Positions 52,756-63,800 of a DNA stretch of 64,000 bases are shown here, one piece after another (the stretch's first letter is position 1; every line of letters begins with the position of its first letter). The stretch comes from a virus. Lineage: Duplodnaviria; Caudoviricetes. The stretch is from the IMG/VR virus record IMGVR_UViG_3300037418_002332. One strand, 5' to 3'. The translations under genes were made by a program, and so were the position numbers. The notes under the pieces are model-generated. The model was not told the DNA's origin and searched no databases. It saw only the letters and a list, made by a program, of their open reading frames with translations.

Positions 52756-54675
52756 ATGGCATCATTATTGTCACCTCAAGTCTTTGTGAAGGAAACCGAT
52801 CTAACAACCATTGTACCTGCTGTCTCATCAACTGACGGTGCTATTGCTGGACAATTCAATTGGGGTCCTGTTAACTATCCAACATTGATCGACAGCGAAA
52901 ATTACTTGGTTGAAGTTTTCGGCAAGCCAGATAATAACAACTCAGACGACTGGTGGTCAGCTGCTAACTTCCTTGCATATGCTAACAAGCTTTACGTCAC
53001 TCGTGTAGTTGACGAAACCAACGTTGACACTAGCCAACGTGCGAAGAACGCTGTTTCAGGCAACACTGCATTCTTGGTCAGAAATGATAAAGAGTATGCT
53101 TCTAAGTACAACAATGGTTCTCTTCAATCAACCAACGGTACAGGTGCTTGGATTGCTAAGTTCCCTGGTGTTCTTGGTAACTCATTGAAGATTTCAGTTG
53201 CTCCTTCAGCTGCAGCATATCAATCAACTCTTACTGGTACTCTTTCTGTAACAGCTAACTCATTGACAGTTACTGGTTCCGGTGGTTCCGCATTCTCAAC
53301 TGAAGCAAACGTTGGTGACTTGCTTGTATTGAACAGTGAAGTTCATAAGATTGCTGCAATCGCTAACTCAAGTTCATTGACTCTTGCTGATAGACACATT
53401 GCTGGTGCTACTGCAGCAACTGGTGTTCGTCGTTGGGAATATTACGCAAACGTTGACACTGCTCCTGGTACATCCGCTTCCGTAGCAGCGAAGGGTGGTT
53501 CAAATGACGAAATGCACATCGCTATCGTTGATGAAGATGGTGCATGGACTGGTCAAACTGGTACAGTTCTTGAAGTTTACCAATTTGTTTCAAAGTCAAA
53601 AGATGGTAAGATCAACAATGGTGCTACCAACTATTACAAAGAAGTAATTAACACCAAGTCAAAGTATGTACGTTGGGCTGGTCACGAAAGTGCCATTCCA
53701 AACTTGGGTGCAGCAGATAATCAAACTTTCGGTGCGGCTGCAAAACCATTCAAGTACTCTTTGGCTGGTGGTCTTGACGGTGCAAACATTACTGAAGACG
53801 AAAAAGTTCGTGGTTACAACTATTACAGATCAGCTGAAGACATTGATATCTCATTCATTATCGGTGCCGCAGCTAACCAAACTATAGCAGTTCATATCAT
53901 TAACAATATCGTTGAAGTTAGAAAAGATTGCGTTGCATTCTTCTCACCACCAAGATCATATGTTGTTGATGCTGAAGGTTCAGAAGCTGACAATTGCGTC
54001 ACTTTCAGAAATACTTTGCCTTCAACTTCATTTGCTACTCTTGATGGTAACTGGAAGAACCAATACGACGTTTACAACGACGTTTACAGATATGTTCCAT
54101 GTAATGGTGACACTGCTGGTCTTTATGCTCAAACCGATAATGATCGTGATGCATGGTGGGCAGCTGCTGGTCTCAACAGAGGTCATATCAAGAACGTTAT
54201 CAACTTGGCTTGGAACCCAAGACTTGCTGAACGTGACATTCTTTACAAAAATGGTATCAACCCAGTTGTTTCCTTCCAAGGTGAAGGTCCAGTTCTTTGG
54301 GGTAACAAAACTCTTCAAGCAAAGCCAAGTGCTTTCGACAGAATGAACGTTCGTCGTTTGTTCATCGTTCTTGAAAAGGCAATCTCAAAGGCTGCACAAT
54401 ACACCTTGTTCGAATTCAACGACGTATTCACTCGTGCTCAATTCAGAAACATGGTAGAACCATATCTTCGTGACGTTCAAGGTCGTCGTGGTATTTACGA
54501 CTTCTTGGTTGTTTGTGATGAAACCAATAACACTCCAGAAGTTATTGACCGAAACGAATTCAAGGGTGATATCTACATCAAGCCTGCTCGTGTTGCTGAA
54601 TTCATTACTTTGAACTTCGTTGCAACAAGAACTGGTGTTGAATTCACCGAAATCGTTGGTAGAACTGGCGTCTAA
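52756..54675 (+). CDS. gp18: tail sheath protein
   Basis: 'LSPQVFVKETDLT', 'AANFLAY', 'WWAAAGLNRG', 'LYKNGINPV', 'SAFDRMNVRRLF' and 'IYIKPARVAEFITLNF'; CTAAATA at 52722-52728 upstream. Confidence 0.97.
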   Translation: MASLLSPQVFVKETDLTTIVPAVSSTDGAIAGQFNWGPVNYPTLIDSENYLVEVFGKPDNNNSDDWWSAANFLAYANKLYVTRVVDETNVDTSQRAKNAVSGNTAFLVRNDKEYASKYNNGSLQSTNGTGAWIAKFPGVLGNSLKISVAPSAAAYQSTLTGTLSVTANSLTVTGSGGSAFSTEANVGDLLVLNSEVHKIAAIANSSSLTLADRHIAGATAATGVRRWEYYANVDTAPGTSASVAAKGGSNDEMHIAIVDEDGAWTGQTGTVLEVYQFVSKSKDGKINNGATNYYKEVINTKSKYVRWAGHESAIPNLGAADNQTFGAAAKPFKYSLAGGLDGANITEDEKVRGYNYYRSAEDIDISFIIGAAANQTIAVHIINNIVEVRKDCVAFFSPPRSYVVDAEGSEADNCVTFRNTLPSTSFATLDGNWKNQYDVYNDVYRYVPCNGDTAGLYAQTDNDRDAWWAAAGLNRGHIKNVINLAWNPRLAERDILYKNGINPVVSFQGEGPVLWGNKTLQAKPSAFDRMNVRRLFIVLEKAISKAAQYTLFEFNDVFTRAQFRNMVEPYLRDVQGRRGIYDFLVVCDETNNTPEVIDRNEFKGDIYIKPARVAEFITLNFVATRTGVEFTEIVGRTGV

Positions 54676-54681
54676 TATTTT

Positions 54682-54701
54682 GGAGGGGATTCTTCCCCTC
54701 C
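54682..54701 (+). terminator. intrinsic terminator after gp18
   Basis: GGAGGGGA / TCCCCTCC 8-bp stem with a 4-nt loop, followed by TTCACATTTT. Confidence 0.7.
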
Positions 54702-54725
54702 TTCACATTTTAAGGAGAAAATGAT

Positions 54726-55799
54726 ATGTTCTACACTCGCGGTTATATGAATGACAAAGTCGTTCAAAACGTCAGAGATATTTTCAAAAAGCAATCCGAA
54801 ACCAAAACTGTAACTGAAAAGGCAGAAGAAGTCAAGGACGAAAAAGTTGAAAAGCTTGATGAAGAAGTTCTAACCGAAAAAGCTTCTGCTCAAACCACAA
54901 GTTTGAAAGACATCAAGAACAAAGCAGTTGAAAAAGGCAATCTAGATTCAGCTGATAAAGATAAAGTTCCTGCCGCACCTGTTGGTGATGATGACGATGA
55001 AGAAGTCGAAAAAGAAGATGAAGATCTTGAGGAAGGTTACAAAATTGGCGATATGGTCAATGTAACTAATCCTAAGGCAACTCCAAGACATCAAATTGTT
55101 GGTAAAACCAAAACACATTATGCCATTAAGAAAGACAAAGGTGATATTCAACATTTTCCAAAAGAACGTATCGCTAGAGTAAACAAGCAACGTTTCGATA
55201 GATTGAAAGCAAATGTTACTCCTAATCGTTTGAAAGGTTCAGATATTCCCGTTAGAGAAGACGTTGAATTTGATGATGTTGAACAACTTGATGAAGTAAT
55301 GAGAATTGCTTATAAGAAAGTTGGTCCAACACATTACAGAAGTGTTGAAAAAGGCACTTGGCGTCCAGTTCCTAAGAACGTTGAAATCAAGAAAGTTGGC
55401 AATACTGTACATGTTCGTAAAGACAAGGGTACATGGATTCCTAAAGGTCCGCATGTAACCATGGAATCAGTGTTGTCTGAAGAAGAGATTGAAAAGATTA
55501 ACGCAACTTTGGCTTCAATCAATGAATCAGAATCAAAAAGATTGTCAAAAGATTTGCCTGCTGGTTATCATACTGTTGCTATTCATGACGATGCTCATAA
55601 GTCTTTCCAAATGGGTGACCGTGTTCATGTTAAATCACATGGTGACGATGTAAAAGCTGGATTGGCACACGTTAAAAGTGTAAACAATGCTGGCAACAAC
55701 TATCAACATAAGCTTGTTTATCACGATGGCAAAGGTAATTTCCATTCAACTCATCATGAAAAGGGAACTCCAACTGGCCATTATGTACAAAGAGCATAA
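54726..55799 (+). CDS. charged multi-module protein, probable internal head / prohead-core protein
   Basis: AAGGAG SD; repeated (I/L)-x-E sites (LDE, LTE, LEE, LDE, LSE, INE) separate small basic modules. Confidence 0.55.
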   Translation: MFYTRGYMNDKVVQNVRDIFKKQSETKTVTEKAEEVKDEKVEKLDEEVLTEKASAQTTSLKDIKNKAVEKGNLDSADKDKVPAAPVGDDDDEEVEKEDEDLEEGYKIGDMVNVTNPKATPRHQIVGKTKTHYAIKKDKGDIQHFPKERIARVNKQRFDRLKANVTPNRLKGSDIPVREDVEFDDVEQLDEVMRIAYKKVGPTHYRSVEKGTWRPVPKNVEIKKVGNTVHVRKDKGTWIPKGPHVTMESVLSEEEIEKINATLASINESESKRLSKDLPAGYHTVAIHDDAHKSFQMGDRVHVKSHGDDVKAGLAHVKSVNNAGNNYQHKLVYHDGKGNFHSTHHEKGTPTGHYVQRA

Positions 55800-55836
55800 T
55801 AAATAACTGAACCAATAAGAACAATAAGGAATAAAC

Positions 55837-56388
55837 ATGGCTTTCAATATCAATAATTTCAGAAGTGAGTTGCAATATGGTGGTGCAAGAACTTCACTTT
55901 TTGAAGTCATTTTGACCAATCCAATTGATGGTTCAGCTGACACCAAGTTGCCATTCATGTGTAAAGCTGCTTCATTACCAGCTTCTTCAATTACACCACT
56001 CGAAGCATCATATTTCGGCCGTGCTATCAAGCTTCCTGGTAACAGAACATTCGATGAATGGGCAATTACTGTCATCAACGATGAAGACTTCAAAATCAGA
56101 AATGCAATGGAAACTTGGTCAAACGCGATTAACAGATATGAAGGAAACATCAGAGGACTTCCAAGTTCTTCTCCTTCATTGTATAAGACAACTGCTGAAG
56201 TTCGTCAATTCAGTCAAACAGGCAACCTGTTGAGAACATACAAGTTCGTTGGTCTTTGGCCAATCCAAATCACCCCAATTCAATTGAATTGGGAAAATGA
56301 AAGCATTCAAGAATTTGAAGTCTCATTGGCTTTGGATTACTTCTATGTTAATGATGGTGGTTTGACTGGCAACGCTGGCGGACGCTAA
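55837..56388 (+). CDS. gp19: tail tube protein
   Basis: 'GGARTSLFEV', 'CKAASLPAS', 'YFGRAIKLPGNRTFDEW.ITVINDEDF.IR.AME.W' motifs; AATAAATA at 55798-55805 upstream. Confidence 0.96.
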   Translation: MAFNINNFRSELQYGGARTSLFEVILTNPIDGSADTKLPFMCKAASLPASSITPLEASYFGRAIKLPGNRTFDEWAITVINDEDFKIRNAMETWSNAINRYEGNIRGLPSSSPSLYKTTAEVRQFSQTGNLLRTYKFVGLWPIQITPIQLNWENESIQEFEVSLALDYFYVNDGGLTGNAGGR

Positions 56389-56577
56389 ATGATTCGTGAT
56401 AGAATTTTGAATAGACTTGACGAAGTATCTTCAAAAACTTTGAAAGCTTACATTCGTAAAGCAAGTCATAATAATCCAGATCATGATGTACATCAGTACA
56501 ACAAACGACAAAAGAAAATTAGACTTGCTAAACAAAAGTTAAATGTGAACGGAAATTCTAAAATCGGTGCAAATTAA
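56389..56577 (+). CDS. small basic protein with an 'LDEVSSKTLKAYIRKA' motif
   Basis: Starts immediately after the gp19 stop; an L-D-E site precedes a basic helix, as in T4-like internal head proteins. Confidence 0.5.
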   Translation: MIRDRILNRLDEVSSKTLKAYIRKASHNNPDHDVHQYNKRQKKIRLAKQKLNVNGNSKIGAN

Positions 56578-56598
56578 GGGAGCTTCGGCTCCCTTTTA
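56577..56598. terminator. intrinsic terminator
   Basis: AAGGGAGC-TTCG-GCTCCCTT followed by TTTATTTT (UUCG tetraloop). Confidence 0.85.
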
Positions 56599-57183
56599 TT
56601 TTAGGTCAGTGAGGAAAGTTCTGATATTGTTGACAACACCTTCATTCATCAAAATTTCATAATGATTAGTGCTGACATCAATGTATTTGACGTTTGGAAT
56701 TGCTTTTTGAGAAAGTACACTTACAACACCATCGTTTTGTTTACCAAGAAACAATGGATTTGAACCTTTTGTTGAAACGTAGAATTGATATGGTACAGTA
56801 ATAGGTTTGGTTAACAAATATGAATATTCTCTTTCGAGTTTGTGAAATTCACTGTAGATAGATTTTGGAAACCAAAAACGGAGTAAACTATGATTTGTAA
56901 TGCCACCAAATGGTGCAGACATAGTTGTGATGCTTCTGATATTCTTAAGGCCAAGATGGAATAGAATGACACACATGACACCACCCAGTGAATGACCAAT
57001 CAAGTCAATTTTGGTATTGTCCTCAACTCTTTTTTCAATTCTTGATTTGATTTTCTTAACAGTTTCTACCAAATCAGATTCAGTTTTGTATTCAATGTAA
57101 ATGTCATCATCTAGAGGCATCTGCGTCTTGATGTAATTGAATGAGTTCCGTGTTGAGTAGGCACCATGGATATAGATACGCAT
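56596..57183 (-). CDS. alpha/beta hydrolase (lipase/esterase-like)
   Basis: 'YIHGA', nucleophile elbow 'GHSLGG', 'NDGVV' (Asp) and 'TNHYEIL' (His). Confidence 0.88.
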   Translation of the reverse strand: MRIYIHGAYSTRNSFNYIKTQMPLDDDIYIEYKTESDLVETVKKIKSRIEKRVEDNTKIDLIGHSLGGVMCVILFHLGLKNIRSITTMSAPFGGITNHSLLRFWFPKSIYSEFHKLEREYSYLLTKPITVPYQFYVSTKGSNPLFLGKQNDGVVSVLSQKAIPNVKYIDVSTNHYEILMNEGVVNNIRTFLTDLK

Positions 57184-57239
57184 TAATTACACCTTTGTTG
57201 TACTAAATATATATTAGATTGGAAATAAAAGGATAATAC

Positions 57240-58958
57240 ATGGCGACATTCTTTGAAAAATTGCTTGGTGTGAATCTCACAAAAGATGAAGACGAAGCAA
57301 AAGCAAAAGGTGCTTTCCAACTCCCTGAACCACCGAAAAATGACGGTTCAATTGAAGTTGATAGCAGTAACTTTTTGCAATTCGGTACTTCATTTGATTA
57401 TGCAGTTCCTGAAGACGAAGTACAACTCATCACCAAGTATCGTGAAATGGCCGAGCAAATGGAATTTGATCGTGCTATCAACCACGTTGTTAATGAATTC
57501 TTTGCATATGATACTGACACCATGCCTGTATCCATCAACCTTGAAAACACAAAACTTTCAGATAACATCAAAAAGAAAATTACAACTGAATTTGACAACA
57601 TTTTGAAGATGTTGAACTTTGGTACTGATGCATATGAAATCTTCTCAAGATGGTATGTTGATGGCCGTTTGTATTACCAAAAAGTCATTGACGAACAAAA
57701 CAAGTCCAAGGGTATCCTTGCACTCAAGTATATTGATCCTCGTAAGATCCGTAAAGTCAGAAAAAAAATAGACGACAAATCTAACAAAACGACACAAAAC
57801 AATGTTAAAAACAACATCCGTCTCGATGTGCAATACAAAGAATTCTACGTTTACAACCCAACTGGCATTAACAACACCAATGTTCAGGGTCTACAAATCG
57901 AAAAGGATTCAATCACGTATGTTCACTCAGGAAAGTTTACCAGAGAAAACAAGACCGTCATCTCACACCTGCATAAAGCCATTCGTTGGTTCAATGTTTT
58001 AAGAAATATTGAAGACTCCGTCGTCATTTATCGTTTGTCACGTGCATCTGAAAAAAGAGTATTCAACATTGAACTAGGTGATTTGCCTCAGTCACAAGCT
58101 GAAGCTCACATGAAGAAAGTCATCGACAAATTCAGAAAGAGACTTTCATACAATCCACAAACTGGTGAAGTCATTGAACAAAAACGTTTCATGACTATGT
58201 TGGAAGACTTCTGGTTCGCAAAGCGCGATGGTAAAGGTACATCAGTTGAATTTCTTCAAGGTGGACAAAACCTTGGTGAAATGGAAGACGTTGATTACTT
58301 CAAGAAGAGATTCTATGAGTCATTAAACGTTCCAATTACTCGACTTGATCCAACCATTGGTTTCACTTTGGGTCGTGCATCGGAAATCACTCGTGAAGAA
58401 CTTGCATTCTACAAATTCATTTCACGTCTCCGTAAACGTTTCAGCTATTTGTTTGAAGACATTTTGAAGACTCAATTGATTTTGAAAAATATTTTGAAAG
58501 AACAAGAGTGGAATGATGTATACCAAGACATTCACTTCGATTACCTTGAAGATACTTACTTCAGTGAATTGAAAGAAACTGAAATTTGGCAAAACCGTTT
58601 CAACGCGGCTCGTGATACAGGTGTTGAAGGCAAATTGGTTTCGCGTCTATTTGTTCAAAAGAAATTGCTTCGACTTACTGATGAAGAAATTGCTGATGAA
58701 AATAAGCAACTTGAAAAAGAAAACAATGATGATCTTGAGATAAGCTTGCAACAACAAGCTGTTCAACAGGCTGGAGCACCTGAAGATGAAGATCGTGGTC
58801 CACAACCTGGACCTGAACCAAAGTTCCAACAAGGTTCTGAAGCTGATATCAGTGAACAACTTGAATACATTAAAGAAGAACTTGAAATAACCAAGCGTCG
58901 TCAACAACGTGAAGAAACTGAGTTCTATGAAATGTTGAAAGGTCTAATTGATGAATAA
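57240..58958 (+). CDS. gp20: portal protein
   Basis: 'ITKYREMA', '[11 protein letters not shown]', '[11 protein letters not shown]', '[20 protein letters not shown]', 'MLEDFW..KRDGKGT', 'PITRL' motifs; CTAAATA at 57203-57209 upstream. Confidence 0.97.
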   Translation: MATFFEKLLGVNLTKDEDEAKAKGAFQLPEPPKNDGSIEVDSSNFLQFGTSFDYAVPEDEVQLITKYREMAEQMEFDRAINHVVNEFFAYDTDTMPVSINLENTKLSDNIKKKITTEFDNILKMLNFGTDAYEIFSRWYVDGRLYYQKVIDEQNKSKGILALKYIDPRKIRKVRKKIDDKSNKTTQNNVKNNIRLDVQYKEFYVYNPTGINNTNVQGLQIEKDSITYVHSGKFTRENKTVISHLHKAIRWFNVLRNIEDSVVIYRLSRASEKRVFNIELGDLPQSQAEAHMKKVIDKFRKRLSYNPQTGEVIEQKRFMTMLEDFWFAKRDGKGTSVEFLQGGQNLGEMEDVDYFKKRFYESLNVPITRLDPTIGFTLGRASEITREELAFYKFISRLRKRFSYLFEDILKTQLILKNILKEQEWNDVYQDIHFDYLEDTYFSELKETEIWQNRFNAARDTGVEGKLVSRLFVQKKLLRLTDEEIADENKQLEKENNDDLEISLQQQAVQQAGAPEDEDRGPQPGPEPKFQQGSEADISEQLEYIKEELEITKRRQQREETEFYEMLKGLIDE

Positions 58959-59760
58959 TAAATTTCAAGCAGTTGCTGGTCTCATTAAAAAACTTGTTGA
59001 AAAAGAAAATGCCAAAGTAACAAAGTATTTCAATGACATTTTGGTTGAAAAAATTGATCCAACCAGAGTTCATTTGATTGAAGGACCGCAGGGTCCTCCT
59101 GGTAAAATTGGTCCAGCAAGTAACATTCCTGGCCCTCCTGGCCCAGCTGGTCCTCCCGGTCCAATTGGTATTCCTGGACCAAAAGGTAAATCAATCAAGG
59201 GTGATCAAGGACCACAAGGAATTCCTGGACCAAAAGGTGAACCAGGTCCTCCTGGCCCAGCTGGTCCTCCTGGCCCAATTTCTGATGTTAAATCTGAAGT
59301 TACAAAAATTGAAAAAACATTGCTTGAAAAATTCCAAGCATTGAAATCTGACTTGGAAAGTAGAGTCAACTTCCTTGGAAGAAGAACTGCTTCTGGTGGT
59401 GGTTCTACTCGTATTCTGGACAATGATGATGTTGATTTCCATCAGCCTGAGGACGTTCTTGACAACTCTATTTTGCTTTATGACGCATCAATTCGTAAAT
59501 TTGTGCCTCTTAACTTGGTCACAGTTATAAATAACTTGAAAAGCGAGTTGGAATTCATGTACAATAAAGTAATTGATGACACTGGCAACATTGTCTATAT
59601 CGGTGAGACTGATCCATCTGGTCTAGATTATAATGCAGCAAATTGGAGAATCAAAAGGGTTGATCAAACTGATCCAACTGATACTCGTATTACTTGGGCC
59701 GACGGCACGACTGACTTCGACAAAGTTTGGGCAGACAGAACAACTTATACTTATTCATAA
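58951..59760 (+). CDS. collagen-like (Gly-X-Y) repeat protein
   Basis: Pro-rich G-X-Y tracts at 59083-59277, e.g. [11 protein letters not shown] twice. Confidence 0.85.
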   Translation: MNNKFQAVAGLIKKLVEKENAKVTKYFNDILVEKIDPTRVHLIEGPQGPPGKIGPASNIPGPPGPAGPPGPIGIPGPKGKSIKGDQGPQGIPGPKGEPGPPGPAGPPGPISDVKSEVTKIEKTLLEKFQALKSDLESRVNFLGRRTASGGGSTRILDNDDVDFHQPEDVLDNSILLYDASIRKFVPLNLVTVINNLKSELEFMYNKVIDDTGNIVYIGETDPSGLDYNAANWRIKRVDQTDPTDTRITWADGTTDFDKVWADRTTYTYS

Positions 59761-59779
59761 CAAGAGGATTTAAAAACTT

Positions 59780-60184
59780 ATGGCACTTCAATATTCAGTA
59801 GCTGTTAGAAATGCTAGACTTGATACAGTTGAATCAACAATCGGCACTTCACCAGTTCTTCAAATCAAGTCTGGTTCAGCACCAGCAACTTGCGCAACTG
59901 CTAACTCTGGTACAATTTTGGCTTCAGCAACTTTGCCTTCCGACTGGATGGCAGCTGCGTCAGGTGGTACAAAGTCATTGTCAGGTACTTGGCAAGATAC
60001 TTCAGCTGATAACACTGGTACAGCAGCTCACTTTAGAATTTTCTCTTCAACAGGTACTTGTCACATTCAAGGTACTGTAACTGCAACTGGTGGTGGTGGT
60101 GATATGACTGTGGATAACACTTCATTCGCTTCCGGTCAATCATTCTCAGTTACAACTTTCACTTTGACTGCTGGCAACGCTTAA
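59780..60184 (+). CDS. small virion structural protein
   Basis: 'MALQYSVAVRNARLD...GTAAHFRI...QGTVTATGGGGDMT' is a recurring T/G/A/S-rich phage virion family. Confidence 0.7.
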   Translation: MALQYSVAVRNARLDTVESTIGTSPVLQIKSGSAPATCATANSGTILASATLPSDWMAAASGGTKSLSGTWQDTSADNTGTAAHFRIFSSTGTCHIQGTVTATGGGGDMTVDNTSFASGQSFSVTTFTLTAGNA

Positions 60185-60211
60185 TTCTTTCTGAAATATT
60201 CTGTTATTATT

Positions 60212-60242
60212 TGAAGGCGGCAATTATGCCGCCTTCATTTTT
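60212..60242 (+). terminator. intrinsic terminator
   Basis: TGAAGGCGGCA / TGCCGCCTTCA 11-bp stem followed by TTTTT. Confidence 0.85.
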
Positions 60243-60284
60243 ATGATTAGAATAAATAAACTGATAACATATTCAGGAAGAAAA

Positions 60285-60860
60285 ATGCCATTAGTTGATA
60301 GCAATCTCGAGTCTACATGGTTACAATTATACAGCTGTGAAATCGACGGGAAAATCGTTGGATTTGATCGTTCCGCCAAACAACAGTATTTTGGTAATGA
60401 TCATATGATCCTTAAAGATGCTCTCCAACTTACTCCTGAAGATGGCATAGTATTAATTGGTGGAGCATTTGGTTGGGTAGCAGAAGATTGGATCGCTACT
60501 GGTCTTTCTGTAATTGTTACCGATACTTCTACATGGATTCAAGCTCACAAAGCTGAACAAGCTACAATTCCAATTCTTTTTGAATCATCTCTTACACCGG
60601 AATCTAGAGCAACTATTGCGGAAGCAATGGGTCGCCCAATTACAGTTGTCATTACTGAAGATGTACTTCCCAATTTGACTGATAATGAATGTGTTGAATT
60701 GTCAAATGCTATGCGTTTGATGTCACAAAATGTTGTTCATTGGGTATCATGTGCAACACCAAGTTCAGGCGGTGGATTGAATTGGAAGACTGCAGATGAG
60801 TGGAAGCAATTACTTGGTCCTGACCGCATCGTTCGTCGCGGCACAAGTGAGGTGATCTAA
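60285..60860 (+). CDS. hypothetical protein, possibly a degenerate methyltransferase fold
   Basis: AATAAATA at 60251 and an AGGA SD favour ATG at 60285 (track 60243); 'IVLIGGAFGW' resembles SAM motif I. Confidence 0.5.
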   Translation: MPLVDSNLESTWLQLYSCEIDGKIVGFDRSAKQQYFGNDHMILKDALQLTPEDGIVLIGGAFGWVAEDWIATGLSVIVTDTSTWIQAHKAEQATIPILFESSLTPESRATIAEAMGRPITVVITEDVLPNLTDNECVELSNAMRLMSQNVVHWVSCATPSSGGGLNWKTADEWKQLLGPDRIVRRGTSEVI

Positions 60861-63800
60861 TGGCATTACCTGTAACAATTACTGGCATTGATACTGCCGT
60901 TAATCCAGTTGGCCCATTCAGGTCATCTGCTGGTAACTATTATTTCTTCGGTAAAGATAGCACCACCGCAACGACATTACAGGCTTTCAAATCTACGGCA
61001 CCAACCTCTTCTTGGTCAAGTGCTGCAACAAAAACTGGTTTTACTACTGGTGTTCAAGCTATTTCAGGTTTCCAGGTAGCTGATGTTATTCATCTAGCTG
61101 TAACAGATGGTGCAACTACATCTGTTAACTTCAAATATGTCACCTACAATATGTCGACTGATGCTTTCGGCACAACCGAAACAATCACATCAGCACTGAA
61201 TACCCAAACTAACGGACTTGTTAACGCTTACGGAAACTCTATCGCTGTTCGTTCTGATGGTACAGTTGTAGTTCTTCACCAAGGTGCTCGTGTTGTCAGC
61301 ATGAGCAACTCGTACTCACGTACTGTATATTCAAGACGTGCAACGAACGGAACATGGACAGCAAACATTGCTGTCGATGCTGGTGGTGCATTTGATGGCC
61401 TTGTATTTGACACTGCAGTAGGTACAAGTGACAACGTTCACTTCATGTTTATGGCAGGTTCTGGTACTTTCTCGCAGAGAACTTTGTCCAGTGCAAACGT
61501 TCTTCAGACACAATCAACTGCAATCAATGGTGTTTCATTTACAGGATCAATTCTTGGTACTTCGGTATCATATCTGAGCACTAATCAGAGAGTTGTCTTT
61601 GGTGTTACCACTCAAGTACAGCAAACCAACTTCATTCCGGCCGGTTTCTATTTCGATTCTGGGAACACACCTACACTGACTAGTACTGTAGGCGGTGGTA
61701 CCAACACATCAACTTCACGTCTATTTCAGTATAATGGAACTGTTTACCACCTTTGGAATGTCACTGGTAACAATGCTAATATCAATTTGCACACATCAGC
61801 AGATAATGGTGCTACGTATGTTTCATCTTCAGTAGTTTACACTGGCACTTCTACTTGTAGTTTGTTTTCGCATGACGGTGCAGTTTATCAAAGCGGAAGT
61901 AACATTGTTGTTCCATATCTTATATTGGATAACGGCACATTAAAATACAATGAATACACTGTACAATATGGTTTGGCTGCTTCCATAACAGAAGCAAATG
62001 ATACAGTTTCATCAACTGCAAATCCAAAAATCACTGCCAACAATCCGGGTGGTGTTGCATTCACACAACAAGCTGCACCAAGTGCTGGCACAAAAAGTTG
62101 GCAAGCAGTAGCATCATCAACTACTGGTTCAACTGTTTGGGCAGCAGTTTATGGTGGCGGCATCTATAAATCTACCGACTATGGTGCAACTTGGGCACAA
62201 AGAGTTGGTGCTGCAAATTTCCAAGATATTTGTTCTTCCGCTAATGGCCAAGTTGTAGCAGCTGTTGATAACAATGTCGGTAACATTTGGTCAACTACTG
62301 ATGGTGTAAACTTTACAGCAAGAACTGGTGCTGGGTCAAGAGCTTGGTGGGCTATCGCTTGTTCTTCCGATGGTAGCAGAATGGTTGCTGTCATCAATGG
62401 TACAGGCTATACATATACATCGTCTGACTCAGGTGTAACTTGGACTGAACAAACTGCTGCTGGTACCAAAAACATTAACGCACTTGCGATGTCGTCAGAT
62501 GGAAGTATCGTTTATGCTTGTTATGGTGCAAGTCCTTATCGTATCTATAAATCTACTGATTATGGTGTTAATTGGACATTACTATCCAACTCACCTACAT
62601 CGTGGTGCAATGCTATTACTTGTTCTGCTGACGGAACTCAAATTTACGCTACAGTCGGTGGTGGCAACATCTATGCTTCGACTGACTCAGGATCAACTTG
62701 GAATGCATTATCAGGTGCCGGAACTGCAAATTGGGGTATGATCTCATGCAGTTCTAGTGGCACTAAAGTAATCGCTGCATCATATTCTAACAGTGTATTA
62801 ACTTCGATTGATTCTGGTGCCACTTGGACTACAAATCCAGTTGGTTCAAGTACATGGCAAGATGTCGGTATATCCCCTGACGGAAGTACATGGTTCGCAT
62901 TAGCTTATGGCAGTTACTTCTACACTGGTGCATTGAGTGCACCAAAACAAATTGTAGCAATACAACCAACATCATTTGGTGCTGCAAACTTTGGTGATAT
63001 TACAGCGGATACTGGACTTGGCCAAACGTTTATTCCTCGTTATTTGGTTCCAGGTCTTATACAAACCTCAACCATCAATGGCGGTTTAGTTTTTGGTTTT
63101 AATTCAACCTTTAAAGGTTTAGCACAAGCTATCACGCCTGCTACCAATTCTACAGTTGATCGTATAACTTTCAATATGTACAAAACTGGTACTCCAACAG
63201 ATAATGTTTGGGTAGAACTTCGAGATAATACTGGAGCATCAATTATTGCCACATCAAATACTGTGGCAGGTTCTTCAATCAATTCTGGTTCATCTAGTAG
63301 TCAAGACATTCAATTTACTTTTGCGTCTCCACCAACGTTGAATGCAGGTACAACCTACATTTTGTTGGTTCAACGTAGTGGTGCAGTAGATTCTTCTAAT
63401 TACTATTCTATTAACGCTGATTACACAAATCCTTATGCTGGTGGTGATTCATACTCTTGGAATGGATCTGCATACACCTTAAATGGTGGTCAAGATCTTG
63501 CATTTGCTGTCTATAGCACATCAACTGCTACAGTTGTAATTTCTGATATTACTTTGAAACTTATAAAAAATGGTTCGCCTACTGATAATCTCACTATTGA
63601 ATTGAGAGATTCGACAGGTGCTACTTTACTTGGAACATCAGATGCAATTGCTGGCGCAAGTACTTCATCAAGTACAACAGCTACAACGTTTACATTTTCA
63701 ACACCCGTCAGTATTACAGCCGGAACAACATATATGTTTGTTCTGCGAAGATCAGGTGCAGTCGATGCTTCCAATTATTGGGGTGTAGTTAGAAATAACC

